DNA from: Octopus vulgaris
Taxonomy: Eukaryota
NCBI GenBank assembly: GCA_951406725.2
Contig: OX597821.1
Location: forward strand, 84,134,001 to 84,198,000
DNA length: 64,000 nucleotides
Direction: 5' to 3'
Positions within the stretch are counted from its first letter, which is position 1, and each line of letters begins with the position of its first letter. The notes under the pieces are model-generated. The model had not been told where the DNA came from. It searched no databases and saw only the letters and a program-made list of their open reading frames with translations. This document shows, piece after piece, positions 12,900 to 26,279 of this stretch. The translations under genes were made by a program, and so were the position numbers.

Positions 12900-13357
12900 C
12901 TTATTTCTTATTTCTTTATTGCCCTAAATGGGCTAAACATAGAGGGGATAATCAAAGACAGACAAAGGGACTAAGTCGATTACATCGACCCTAGTACGTA
13001 ACTGGTACTTAATTTATCGACCCCGAAAGGATGAAAGGCAAAGTCGACCTCGGTGGAATTTGAACTCAGAACGTAGCGACAGACAAAATACCTATTTCTT
13101 TACTACTCACAAGGGTCTAAACACAGAGAGGACAAACAAGGACAGACAAACGGATTAAGTCGATTATATCGACCCCAGTGCGTAACTGGTACTTATTTAA
13201 TCGACCTCGAAAGAATGAAAGGCAAAGTCGACCTCGGCGGAATTTGAACTCAGAACGTAGCGCAGACGAAACACCACTAAGTATTTCGCCCGGCGTGTTA
13301 ACGTTTCTGCCAGCTCGCCGTCTTCTGCCCGCTCGCCGCCTTCTGCCAGCTCGCCGA
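12900..13357 (-). mobile_element. SINE family B, dimeric form
   Basis: Two tandem body+tail units; the 5' end ttctgccagctcgccg is repeated about three times. Confidence 0.88.
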
Positions 13358-13799
13358 GTAGGTCTCTTTCTCTTGATATATGAATGTATACATGCATGTA
13401 TGTGTGTGTGTGTGTGTGTGTGGTGTGTTTGTGCATCTCCGACTTTACCTTTTTCGATTTAATTAAAATTCTTCTCAGAAGGAGAAAGCTAGTTTCTAGC
13501 GTAGAAACAAAGCTTCATCACTGGAATTTGGATAACAACAAAGGTAATAGTGATGCATCGAACTTTAGGAATGTCTTGCATATCTTTATTCTTCTCCTAC
13601 AAATTTTATCCATACAGTGCGGCGTGTTAACTGGACTCTTTCGTTACCCGAAAATCCTAGCTTTTCTCCATTGTTACTTACCAGTGTAACCAACTTAACT
13701 AACACAACACATACCAGTAATTATTGGTGTAAATGTGAACTCATAATAAATTAGAGTTGTGGAGCTTCATGTTTCGAAATACTTGGTTTTTCCTGATTT

Positions 13800-14330
13800 T
13801 GCAAAGATGTGTACATCTGCAGAGCAGTAAGTTCTATAGCTGCATCTGATTTTCCATTTCCTCCTTGAATAACTTTATGAGGACTAATACGTCCGGATGT
13901 TTGCGATTTAACAGAAGTTTTGATGGGAATGTGGTACCAATATGCCTAGCGTTTATATGTATATAGTCAATAGCAGATTTGTTTATATTTATCTCAAAGT
14001 AGTTATTTTCTGTGGATGGCATTGTATATTGTTTTAGGAACAACATCAAGTCGCAATGGGAGATTAATATCGCGATGACAGTTTTGGCCAGCTGTTTATT
14101 ATATGTGCTATGTCCTCCAAAGAAGAATGACATCATCGACATTGGCAACTGCATCTTGTGAGCTTAATAGTACCAACATGCCGCTTGTTCGTTAGTTATT
14201 ACTTAGCTATCTCCTGTAGGAGTGTCTTTCCGACCAACAAGCACTCGCCCCGCTGGAGTAATACTTCTACAAACGAAATAATGCCATCCCTAGAAAGCGC
14301 CACAACTGATCATCGTTTTCTCAGAAAAAA
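13800..14330 (-). pseudogene. Possible MULE transposase C-terminal remnant
   Basis: LNRKHPDVLVLIKLFKEE resembles the HPN(I/V)..LI..L..E motif of MULE transposases; weak. Confidence 0.35.
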
Positions 14331-14489
14331 ACATATGATTGATTGATTGATTCTAGTTTCAGCTCACGAGCTGTGGCCATGCTGGGGCGAAGCTAACAGA
14401 CTGTGGTAAGCAAAGTTTTTAGCTCAGAATTCGACAATTCGATGAAAGTTGACTTCATAGGATAAAAATAATCATGTAACGTACAATCT

Positions 14490-14722
14490 TATTTCTTTAC
14501 TGCCCACAAAGGGCTACACACAGAGGGGACAAACAAGGACAAACAAACGGATTAAGTCGAGTATATTGACCCCAGTGCGTAACTGGCACTTATTTAATCG
14601 ACCCTGATATGATGAAAGGCAAAGTCGACCTCGGCGGAATTTGAACTCAGAACGTAGCGGAGGACGAAATACCACAAAGCATTTCGCCCGGCGTGCTAAC
14701 GTTTCTGCCAGCTCGCCACCCT
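14490..14722 (-). mobile_element. SINE family B with 16-bp TSD
   Basis: Flanked by atgtaacgtacaatct (14474-14489) and atgtaatgtacaatct (14724-14739). Confidence 0.92.
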
Positions 14723-14932
14723 AATGTAATGTACAATCTATCAGGCTGTGGGAGCTGATATTTATGGTCTGGTTTTGGCTACGACAAATGTCCAGTATAA
14801 AAAGGATGTCAAAATAACTCTCCCGGAGTATATACACATGTATTATTCCCATCATTACTTTCACATGCTAACTATTGTTATTATGTAGGTTCATGACTTG
14901 GGAATTGTATACACTGGGAAATCAAGAGGAAA

Positions 14933-16150
14933 ATGAGTTATGATGTAAGGGATTTTATTACTGAGATCAGAATTTACTGGCGATGTGAACTTAAAGGTTG
15001 TTCTGGATCCCTTATTGCACAAAAGGAAAGAGGCGTCATAAAAGAAACTCTGCTTGATCATCCTGGCTCTCTTATCCTAAGTGCCATCCTAAAGACAAAA
15101 GAAAAATGCCAAGAAAAAGGCAACAGAAATATCCCTAGCTCCAAGTGTCTTTATCCTTAATGTCTTTACAGAAGTTCCTCAGAATGCATTACATTATATT
15201 CCGTCTGCTGGTGAATAGAAAAGAAGTATTCACCTGGACAAAAAAATCCTCATTTGCTCCTCGTTCTATAGATCATTGAACAACTATTAGCTATTCAGAA
15301 AAGATTTACAAAACATTGGCACAAAAACAATTCATGATTCATGACAGTGATGCCACCGATCCATTCAGAATCCTGTTTCATCCTCATCGTCCGTTGAATA
15401 CCTTAGCCAAAGTTCTGACTAGTTTGCTGATAGAACATTCGATAGCCTTCCTGATTTGTCCAGCCAGTTGTATACTATTTATGGCAGTGATTATGAGGAA
15501 TCTTAGCTCTTAGTCGATGTGTTTGTGCTTAGGAAAAATTAGAACAATACATCAATGTCCAAACTCTTAAGATTTTTGCTAACTGTAATCTGAATTACGA
15601 TGTAACAAATATCAGCATTGACTTGCGACTGGTTGTTCATAACTCTTTCACTCGTGACTTGGTGCAATAGTGACGAAAACTTTTTTCTATCCTGCTAACA
15701 TTGCGAATTCACTTGCAAGTTTTTCCCAAGAGATCTACCGAATATTTTAATCATCCACCGAAGGAAAGCATATCAAATGAGAAACTTCGTTTCCACTACT
15801 AAAATATATCGAGGAAGTTTTTAAAAAGTGTCATGAACGATCCGGTGGAACATTAATCAATCCTCTTGCATGGAATGTGTACAAGAGGTGGGATCACACA
15901 AATAATCATATTGAAGGCTGAGGCATAGACATTTTGGTGCTATCATTAGATCACAATCAAATGTTTACTGTGTGTTTGGATGTTATACATTAAAGAAAAA
16001 AACTTGTTGATGCTTGGCTAACTATTCTACAAACTGGTGTTTCTCTTATGCCTACGAATGCTAAAAGCATTATTTCATCAAAATGAATTCGAACTGTTGT
16101 GCTAGTGTATGAAAATAGAGGCATTTTGGACGATCTTCAAGTAACTCCTT
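14933..16150 (+). pseudogene. Degenerate Mutator-like (FLYWCH-MULE) transposase
   Basis: IYWRCELKGCSGSLI (FLYWCH-type Zn finger) and WNVYKRWDHTNNHIEG* at about 15871-15921 (TNN..EGW motif); many stops and frameshifts. Confidence 0.65.
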
Positions 16151-16236
16151 GTTTAGGCTCAAATGGTCAGAGTTCTTCTTGCTAACGAACCACATATTGA
16201 AACACCGATGTCCCAGAATCCCTTAAGCCAATGAAC

Positions 16237-16438
16237 CGAGTGTGTTATGAATACGCAGTCACTGTAAAAGGCGGAAGCTGTTCGTCTGTGACGTACACAG
16301 CAACAACTAACATATTTTGAGTTCAAGAATCACTCGAGTTAATGAGCTGAGTGTGCTATGAACACTCAGTCGTTGGAAAAAGGAGAAGTTGTTCGCCTAT
16401 GATGTACACAGCAGCGACTAACATATTTTACGTTCAAA
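16237..16438 (+). repeat. Diverged tandem duplication, period about 112 bp
   Basis: gagtgtgYtatgaa...gtacacagca.c.actaacatatttt..gttcaa occurs twice. Confidence 0.8.
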
Positions 16439-16963
16439 TCTACTGGGACATATTAAGAATAAATATCCAAATCATAATTTCATGGCATAAAGAGTTGGAT
16501 ATAAATAAAATTTACATCGAAGTGATCAGTTCTTTTTTAATAATTGCATTCATTTACTTACTAATAAAAAAAAAATGATGCTAGCCCGAAAATAAATTGA
16601 AAACATATTTCAGTAAAAAACAAACTATCTTCGTGCTCGCATCGACATTAATTTCAATACATTTCTTTTGAGTTTCTTACAAATGCTTTTCTACCAGTAT
16701 GTCTTTCGACATATGTGTTTAGGGTGCCGTGAAACTCCACGCATGCGCGCGCTACACAGACACACATAACATACATAGAGAGTGGGGAGGAGAGTGAGAA
16801 TAGACATACACTGTAGTTCTTAGTGGCGTTGGAGATGAGGGTGGAGATTGTTGTGTGAAGGCAGGAGGAAGAAGATTCCTTAAGTACCGGAATGGTTGAA
16901 GATTGCAATAAAGAAGAGAAATAAAAGACGGAGAGGATGGAAGAACGGAAGGAGATAGACGAA

Positions 16964-16994
<31 letters not shown>

Positions 16995-17372
16995 CGGGGT
17001 GGTAAGAGGAATGAGGTGGGGGGTAGGAGAGAGACTATATTGGTTGGGATTTGTTGTCATTGTGTAAGATATCCTCACTACAATGATTGAAACAGATACT
17101 TGAATGAAGATAATAAATCTTATTATCTTTACAAATATATATGGGTGGGGTGTGTATATGTGTGTGTATTTATATATGTATGTATATATGCGAGTGTGTG
17201 TGTGTGTACGCATGTATGTATATATATAACCTTGACTATGAACAACATATTGAAAAAATGATGGCTGCCATATTGGATCTGATTATCAAATTTTGATATC
17301 TCTTTCCTACTTATCTCTTATCTCTCCCCTTTTAGATTTTAGTTTGTAGGTGCATATATATATATATATATT

Positions 17373-17459
<87 letters not shown>

Positions 17460-17574
17460 TATATATATATATATATTGCTGTTATTTGATCATCCTCAAG
17501 ACACGCTTGGTCAACTATAGCTTTTTAGTTATATATACTCACACACACAGACACACACATATGCACAGAGAACA

Positions 17575-17668
<94 letters not shown>

Positions 17669-18361
17669 AAGAAAGAAAGAAAGAAAGAGACGTAAGTGTA
17701 TCTCTGCGTAGCTGTGTATGAGTAAACACGTGTGTATACTTGTATGTACGACAGAGATCGTGGACGTTGCTCTTCTTGGGTAATATTTCATCTTAGTCCC
17801 CTAATGGTTAGTGTCTGACTGATTTACAACTAAAAGAGAGAAAAAAAAAATCAGAAAAAAAAATCAGAAAAAAAAATGTTAAATAAGAAAGCTCCAACGT
17901 TAATATACACAGAGTAGTAAAATGAGAGATAGTTATATGTCTATCCAGAATGTTCTCAATTTTCTGTTGTATTATACAATTCTATAGAACTACAAGTCAT
18001 CTGAGGGGCAGTCGTTCTATGTTCACTCCGCAGCTTACTGAAGCAGCTTCTAATGTAGTTAGCATCTTTTCTTTAGCATACTCTCTGTGGCTTTATATTT
18101 ACAACACATCAATCAAGAGCTTTGCGAATTGGCTAAATGGTTAGAACATATCGAATGGTACATATCTTAGTCTCTTACGTTCTGAGTTCAAATCTCGCAG
18201 AAGCCAATTTTGCCTTTTATATTCTTCTGAAGATGGTAAATGATCAGTCGGTGGAGTGGTTGTTAGAGTATCGAAAGGTATGTAGTTTAGTTTTTTTGCG
18301 TTCTGAATTCAAATCCTGACGAGGGCAACATTGTTATTTATCCTTCCGGGGACGATAAACT

Positions 18362-18628
18362 GGAACTGCCTCGGATACGACGACCAGAGTTCCTGTTGAT
18401 CCGATCAACGGAACAATCTGCTCATGAAATTAACATGCAAGTGACTGAGAATGTGACAAGGCTGGCCCTTTGAAATACAGGTACTACTCATCTTTGCCAG
18501 CTGAGTGTAGTGGAGCAATGTGAAATGAAGTGTTTTGCTTAAGGGCACAATGCGACGCCAGGAATCGAACTCACAACTTTACGGCCCACAGCTGAATACC
18601 CAAACCACTAAGCGACGTGCCTTCACTG
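18362..18628 (-). mobile_element. SINE family C
   Basis: Shares ccgatcaacggaaca...ggccctttgaaatacaggtac with 21325-21650. Confidence 0.8.
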
Positions 18629-19876
18629 GTTGATAAATAGGGTACGTATCTAGGGCTTTCGACTTGCAGAGTCGTCAGAACGACACCGAAATACTTGGGA
18701 TGGAGATTCTTGTTGTTTGCATGGTGAGTTCAAATCCCGGCATGTTCCCTACTCGGGCGATCGACTGAATTCGTGACCCAGTTTAACACCACTATCTGCA
18801 CCTTGGGTAACTTTAGGGGTCTACTTTGTAGCAAGCATTCGGGCAAGGATATCTTTCCTCCTCCTTCTCATGACTCTTTACAGGGGACCCTGTAAATGGT
18901 TGTTGTCATTATCTATCATCCTGACTAAGCGATCAATAAAATTAATCGAACAAGCCAACGAATGAGCCTCTTTATAGCTGACTGATTCACTAGAAATAGC
19001 AGTCAAAGCTCCTTCCAAGAAGTCAGGCATGAGTGTTTTCAAAAATAAGTGTAAGAGAGAGAAAAAGAGACAAAGAGGTGGTGGTAGAGGGAGGGGGAGA
19101 CGGGTGAGAGAGAGAGAATGAAAACATTAGAGAATGTAGTTCAAGACATACAACATTTGAAAATAAGAGGGAATTGTTGCGGCTGAATCAGGGGTTGCCC
19201 TGGGGTGGGGTTAGGAGAGAGATTGTATTGGATGGGATTTGGGTAACCACAGAACGTAAAAAATAAAACTATATTCTTGATGTAGAAGTCATTCTTGTAA
19301 AATTTCTTCATATCTTTATTTTAAGTCACCTAATCTGTATATTCTCCACATAAATTCTTTGTCATGTCAATGATTCTACGATCTGGTTAGTTCGAGTAAG
19401 ACAATACTTGACTGATGAGGTTTAATATGAAGGGAACATGTTCAGAATTGTGGCTGCAATTACTCCCTCACTGTAACTAATTGTTGATTAATTGAGGTTT
19501 CGAAATTGTCTCCCACCCGTAACCAAAACCAGACCAAAATAACTCATTAAAGCTAATTATTTTCTTCTGTTTGATTACTTGGGTAATTAGATTAAAACAT
19601 TTTGTAGACTTCCTTACATAAAGTATGTCAGGTCACTCTAGTCCCCTTAACTGCAACAATAATATTACTTTGATAGTCTAAAGTCATTTGGCACAAGGTC
19701 AGCAATTTTGGAGTGGGCTTAAGTTGATTAAATCGACCCCAGTATTTAACTGGTACTTATTCTATCGATCCCGGAAACCTGAAAGGCAAAGTCGACCATT
19801 TTTAGTAAAGTTACTTATTTTTCTTTTTCATTTGTGGTTACCTAAAGCTCATGTAGAGGGTCCTATCTCAGGTTCA

Positions 19877-20438
19877 ATAATTTTAGCTAGAGATGCTTAG
19901 CCGGGCGAAATGCTTAACGGTATTTCGTCTGCCGTTACGTTGTGAGTTCAAATTCCGCCGAGGTCGACTTTGCCTTTCGTCCTTTCGGGGTCGATAAATT
20001 AAGTACCAGTTACGCACTGGGGTCGATGTAATCGACTGAATCCGTTTGTCTGTTCTTGTTTGTCTCCTCTATGTTTAGCCCCTTGTGGGTAGTAAAGAAA
20101 GAGGTATTTCGTCTGCCGCTACGTTCCGAGTTCAAATTCCGCCGAGGTCGACTTTGCTTTTCATCCTTTCGGGGTCGCCAAAATTTCAGGCCTTGTGCCT
20201 AGAGTAGAAAAGAATAATTTTAGCTAGAAATGCTTAGCCGGGCGAAATTCTTAGCGGTATTTCGTCTGTCTTTATGTTCTGAGTTCAAATTCCACCGAGG
20301 TCGACTTTGCCTTTCATTCTTTCGGGATTGATAAATTAAGTACCAGTTGCGTACTGGAGTCGGTCTAATCGACTGCCCTCCTCCCTTCAAAATTTTATGC
20401 CTTGTGACTAGAGTAAAAAAAAAAAATTTTAGCTAGAG
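19877..20438 (+). mobile_element. Tandem 5'-truncated SINE family B units
   Basis: aattttagctaga recurs at about 19880, 20216 and 20425, bracketing two SINE units. Confidence 0.85.
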
Positions 20439-21324
20439 TATTATAGAAATTGGGGAGTTATAAGGGTTATACGATTTATGGGGTTGTTTAAATTTTTATG
20501 TAGTAGTTATGTGGTTCCGGTGGCATCTGAATTCAGAACGTAAAGCATTTTATTCCATTGCGTTAACGATTCAACCAGCATACCATCTTACGTTATAGGA
20601 ACATTAGAATGGACATACATACTAGATCAGTACTCTGTTTTAAGGACCCCAAAGAGTTGGAAAAATGTGATTGGAACTCGAACGACTAAGTGAACCTTCC
20701 ATCTTTATCGTCTCTCCTTTTTACTTCTTTCCTTCATTGGAATGTGGCCTTGCTGGAGCTCCACTTTGAGGTGTTTAGTCGGAAACAAATTGGTCCCAAT
20801 ACTTATTTATTTATTTATTTATTTATTTATTTTGAAGTCTGATACTTATTTTATCGGTTTCTTTTGCGTAACCGCTAAGTTACGGGGACGTAAACAGGTC
20901 AACACCGGTTGTCAAGCGGTGAGGAGACAAATACCAACATTTTCCAAAAATTTCCGTGAACAAATATTATTGGGGCTATTTTCTTTGCTTGTTGTTTTCA
21001 GTTCTTAAATAGCTCTAGAGGGAATCCTTTTTCTCGTAAATGCTCGTATGATATCAGTAAAATCAAAGTTTTTTTTTTTCAACTCCCTGTTACATATATG
21101 AATCCCTACTGTATGGTTATTTAACCTGCTAAACGTTCCTCACACGATATTTGCCCGATAACTTATTGCTGAAACTTTTTCTCTACACTCCGTACAGAAA
21201 CAGATCCTTGACTTACTGGGTTTTGAGGCCAGATCCTCTGTCATACGGCATTTTTTGTATACTCCACAAAAATGAGCGGCTTTATAAGGGTTACCTTTCA
21301 CTTATCTTGTTATCAACTGTATAG

Positions 21325-21650
21325 GATAGGAGCACTCCATCGGTTGCGACGATGAGGGTCCCAGCTGATACGATCAACGGAACAGCTTACTCGTGATATT
21401 AACGTGCAAGTGGCTGAGCACTACACAGACACGTGTACCCTTAACGTAGTTCTCGGGGAGATTTAGCGTGACACACAGAATGTGACAAGGCCGGCCCTTT
21501 GAAATACAGGTACAAGAGAAACAGGAAGAAAGAGCGAGAGAAAGTTGTGGTGAAAGAGTACAGCAGGGTTCACCACCGGTCTGGGAATCGAAACCACGAT
21601 CCTCCGACCGCGAGTCCGCTGCCCTAACCACTGGGCCATTGCGCCTCCAC
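21325..21650 (-). mobile_element. SINE family C, full length with 13-bp TSD
   Basis: Head ggaggcgcaatggcccagtggttagggcagcggactcgcggtcggaggatcgtggtttcgattccc (TCG at the anticodon position, tRNA-Arg-like); TSD tgttatcaactgt/tgttattaactgt. Confidence 0.9.
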
Positions 21651-21877
21651 TGTTATTAACTGTGGTGACAGCTAAATGGGGAGGTATTGTCTTCACATCT
21701 CATGAATAATCGAAATTTTTCAACTCCCTACATTTCATCTGTGAGACCTTATTGTAACTGTATTTAGTATGCTGAACGCCCACCTTCAAGGATTTTTTCA
21801 TCCGCCATATTGTATGTATGCGTGTGTATGTCTATGTCTATCTATCCTCATATGTGCTTGTGTGTGTGTGTGTACAT

Positions 21878-21908
<31 letters not shown>

Positions 21909-21972
21909 CACATTATACATACGTGTATATATACATAAAAATATACATACTTATGTGTGTGCATATATACAT

Positions 21973-22047
<75 letters not shown>

Positions 22048-22083
22048 TATATCATACATACATACATCATACATACATACATG

Positions 22084-22172
<89 letters not shown>

Positions 22173-22197
22173 GCGTATGTATGATATGTATATATGC

Positions 22198-22578
22198 GTT
22201 TCCGCAATTTCATGGTTCGAGGTTCAATTCCATTGCGTGGCATTTTGGACAAATGTCTTCTACTATAACGTCGAACCGACGAAAAGCTTATGGGGGGATT
22301 TAGTAGACGAAAACTGAAAGAAGCCCGTTGTATATATTTATGTGTATACGTGTGTGTGTATGTGTGTGTGTATATGTCTTTATGTTTATATTTGTCCTCC
22401 CGCCACCACTTGATAACCTGTGTTGGTGTGTTTATGTCCCCGTCACTCAAAGGTTCAGAAACACAGACCGATTGAATAAGTACCAGGCATAAAAAAATAA
22501 GTACTCGGGTCAATCCGTCCGCTTAATATTCTTCTAGGTGGTGCCCCAGCATGGCCGCAGTCTAATGACTAAACAAAT
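22198..22578 (+). mobile_element. SINE family A (diverged)
   Basis: Homology to 3660-4070. Confidence 0.85.
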
Positions 22579-22831
22579 ATATATGAGTTTCAGGTGGGAT
22601 TCGGCAGATGAGTAATCCAGTTTTTAGCATCACTGAAGTACCTTACCCATTGCTTTTGTATATAAGTGTTTACCTCATGATTTATCCTGTCCGAAGTAGG
22701 CTTACAATCCACTCCTTAATAACATTCGCAACCCAAATTAATGTAAATGGAATCCAGCTGTTACACGCTGAAAACATGTACATATTGTGGAAAGTGCTTT
22801 AGACCTAAAGCCAAACCTATCCTAATTGGAT

Positions 22832-23065
22832 AAAGGTCCTTCCCAAGTCATATACACTGATAAAGCCGGTTTCCGTAACGGATGTTTTCCCGGACGGAAC
22901 ACCGATCCGTTGCAGCATTACTCATTTTTGCCAGCTGATTCAACTGGAGCAACAGGGAATGAAGTGTTTTGCTCAAGTGCACAAGGCGCCCCTCGGTCCA
23001 GGAATCGAAGCCACAATCTCATGATCATGAATCCAACAACCTAACCACTACACCGCGCGCCTCCA
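22832..23065 (-). mobile_element. SINE family C variant with TSD
   Basis: Homologous to 28432-28680; flanked by tatcctaat(t/c)gga. Confidence 0.8.
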
Positions 23066-23997
23066 TTTATCCTAATCGGACGGTAAACGAATCCGTTTTA
23101 TATAAGCAAGCTTTCCAATGACCCACTTTGAATAAGAACAGTGTTAGTAATATATATCATGAAAATGTCCGAACATTAATCACCTTAACATTTTTCAAGC
23201 GACCATAAATATAACAATTCAACAGAAACAACCCAAAAGTTATCTACAGTTGGACCGAAACCAAAAGCACGCTGTCTAAGGCCTTTAACAACCAATTAGA
23301 TAGAAAACCTCAATCTGAAAATAGATACGATTTCAGCAGATTAAATCTATGCCCTTTGAGTTGAAACTGCGAAAAATATGAAGTGATCTGCAAGCGTACA
23401 ACTGCAACATAACTGTCGAAAAATAAAAATAAAGAGAAATATAAAAATTGAATTATTAACTGAGCAATAGTAGTCAGTGTTATGGCTTTTAGGAATGATA
23501 GAACTCACTCACAGAGCCAACACTGACATCAACATAATAACAATTTAGTGAAACCACATGGAGTAACAATATAAACGAATAGATAACAAAAATTTGTTTA
23601 TGAGAAGTCACAAGACAACAATTTAAAAAGAAAAAGAAACGAAGGAGCCAATGAAAACGAATTACAAATCTTAAAGAAACCGGACATAAAAACGAAGCCG
23701 ACCAACAGAAATAAAACAACCGATGAATTGGCCAATGAAAGCTACTACACACCAAATGAGTAAAATACATCAGCCTTACAAATAATATTTAGAAATTAGC
23801 TTATAAAATCGATAAATACACACCGTAGCACAAATCTGCTTTAGCGTATATAAACTCGCTTAAATACTAAAGCAAAAAGAAAAAGAAAATGAAAAATGAT
23901 AATCCAAAGTACTCTAACCACGTATTAAATACTCTCTCTTTCGTTTACAGTCAACAGTATTTGAATGTGTGCGTGTGTATGTATGGACGTATGTACA

Positions 23998-25240
23998 CAG
24001 ACATGACAGAAATAAATAGACACCCCATAAAACATCGTTTTATGTTTATTTTAACTTGAAAAGGTATATATTTTATATTAATTGACATATTGGTGTTTCA
24101 GGTTTTATATGTGACTGTTTAATTATCCACACACAAAAGAAACCTTGGAAATGTTCGAATTTCAAAGAGGCCGTATTGTAAGTCAGTCTGAAGATGCACC
24201 TTGTCAGAGTAAAATCGCAGAAACCTAGGGATTCCACTTTCTACAGTTAATAGATTGATTGAGCAATTCACCAGGGAGGGGCAAGGAGTCTACATTACCT
24301 CGCCCAGGTCGACCAGGCCACTCTGACAGGACCTTTCGCTTTAATAAGTGAAGTGTGGTAGATAATATTCGCTGCAAGGCCTCAGACAAAGCAGAACAAG
24401 TTGATGTCAGCCCCGGAACAGCTGTCAGGTATCTCCACAAACTTGGTTACTTTGGTAGAGCAGCAAGAAGGAAGCCACTTCTTCGACCAGTCAATATTAA
24501 GCGGAGAAAAGAATGGGCCAGTGAGAAGGTGGAGAGGCCACAAGCACTGGGACACCGTCATATTCTTTGATGATTTCAAATTTGCTGTATTTTCTGATTG
24601 TGGTCGAGTGTGGCTCTGGAGACTCCGTGATCAAGAATTCGACGCCAAAAGATTGCAGCCAACAATGAAACACGGCGGCTATTCTGTGATGGTCTGGGGA
24701 ACAATTTGGAGAAATGGTCGATCAGAACTGGTGGAGTGTGAGGGAAACTCAGATAAATACGCGTCCATATTGTAGAAAGAATTCCTTCCAATCTTCTCCA
24801 GTGATGAAATAATTAAAGAAGACTCTTTATTTATGGAAGAAAGGGCTCCTTGTCACACGGCTAAAACGACCGAAGATTTGTTGGAAGAAAATAGCATTAA
24901 AAAGCTTCTATGGCCAAGCCAGTCACCAGATATGAACCCTATTGGACACCTCTGGATCATAATGAAGAGAACACTTCATAAAAAGAACAACAAAGCATCT
25001 TCAAAACCAGATCTTTTGAGATTACGGCTTGAAACTTGCCAAGAAATTCCCCAAGAGAATATTCGCCATCTGATCAGTAGCAGGACTAATAGGATCCTTG
25101 CATTGAAAAATGTTATGGGCATATCTACTAAATCTTAGATATTCACATTATAATAACTAATAAATAATTTGAATGTATAATTTAAGATTTAAATAAATTT
25201 TAATGTGTATAAACGTGTCCATTTACTTCTGTCGTGTCTG
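23998..25240 (+). mobile_element. Tc1-like DNA transposon, full length, degenerate transposase
   Basis: TIRs cagacatgacagaaataaatagacac / gtgtccatttacttctgtcgtgtctg|TA; GRPG, AARRKPLL, KHGGYSVMVWG, RAPCH and WPSQSPDMNPIGHLW motifs across broken frames. Confidence 0.92.
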
Positions 25241-25524
25241 TATATCTATGCATGTACGTACGTATTTAAATATAAGTATGCATGCACGTACGTGTATGTG
25301 TGTAAGTTTGTAAGTATGTACGTGCGTACGTGTATGTATGTATATATGTACGTACATATGTACGTATGTATGTATGTGTGTATGTAGCTATGCATGTGTA
25401 TGTATGTATGTATGTATGTATGAATGTATATATGTATGTATGTATGTATGAATGTATATATGTATGCATGTATGTATATGCGTGCGTGTGTGTATGTATG
25501 TGATAATTTAGTTTGATTTCTAAT

Positions 25525-25738
25525 GCGGCGAGCTGATAGAAACGTTAGCACGCCGGGCGAAATGCTTACATTACTTCATCTGTCTTTACATTCTGGGTTC
25601 GAATTCCGCCGAGGTCGACTTTGCCTTTCATCCTTTCGGGGTCGAAAAATTATGTACTAGTTGCTTTATGTGGTCGATTTAATCGACTGTCCTCCTCCCT
25701 AAAAATTTCAGGCCTTGTGCCTAGAATAGAAAAGAATT
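25525..25738 (+). mobile_element. SINE family B (alternative short tail)
   Basis: Same head and body; tail aaaatttcaggccttgtgcctagaatagaaaagaat. Confidence 0.85.
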
Positions 25739-26279
25739 TAGTTTTATTTCTAAAATTCTCGCTCATGGAAAACGAGCCGGTTTCTAACCTAGATCTGGGA
25801 GCTCCTTCATTGGAATTCAAAATGTCAACAATAATGGTATTTGTGCATGGTTGCGTGTATATGCGCAATATTTGGAGTCAGAGCATGGACAGATTTATCT
25901 TCTAGTTTTTACTTGCTTCCTTTATGAGACTGCAGCCATGCTGGTCGAATGAACCCACCCCAGTACATATATTTTTTCAAAGCCTGCTACATATTTTATA
26001 GGTCTTTTACCGGACCGCTAGTGTTACCGGTCGTCAACGGGGGTGAAGGGACAAATACCGACACAAAGACACGTGCACACATACACATATATACATACAT
26101 AGAGAGACGGACAGACAGACAGACAAACCGAAGAATGCACACACACGTACATAAACACACCTCGAAAGAAACATGAAAGCGCCTGTATTGTTATCTCTCG
26201 TCACTAGGGGTATTCTCTGAACGGGATCATAGTCAAAGGGTGTGAGTGCCTATTTGTCTATGTACAATCGAGTATTCAT

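Noticed and set aside
17745-18144. Possible small exons (ag...gtaata at about 17753-17785; ORF 17950-18144)
   Set aside because: Weak splice context and no recognisable protein similarity.
19412-19440. CTGATGAG hammerhead-like core (also CTGACGAG at 31736)
   Set aside because: No stem II or GAAA at a suitable distance.
21575-21650. tRNA-Arg-like sequence
   Set aside because: It is the head of a SINE, continuous with the SINE body and bounded by a TSD; not a tRNA gene.
23100-23950. A-rich, coding-like stretch (similar character at 54250-54960)
   Set aside because: May be decayed retroelement 5' regions, but no motif could be recognised.
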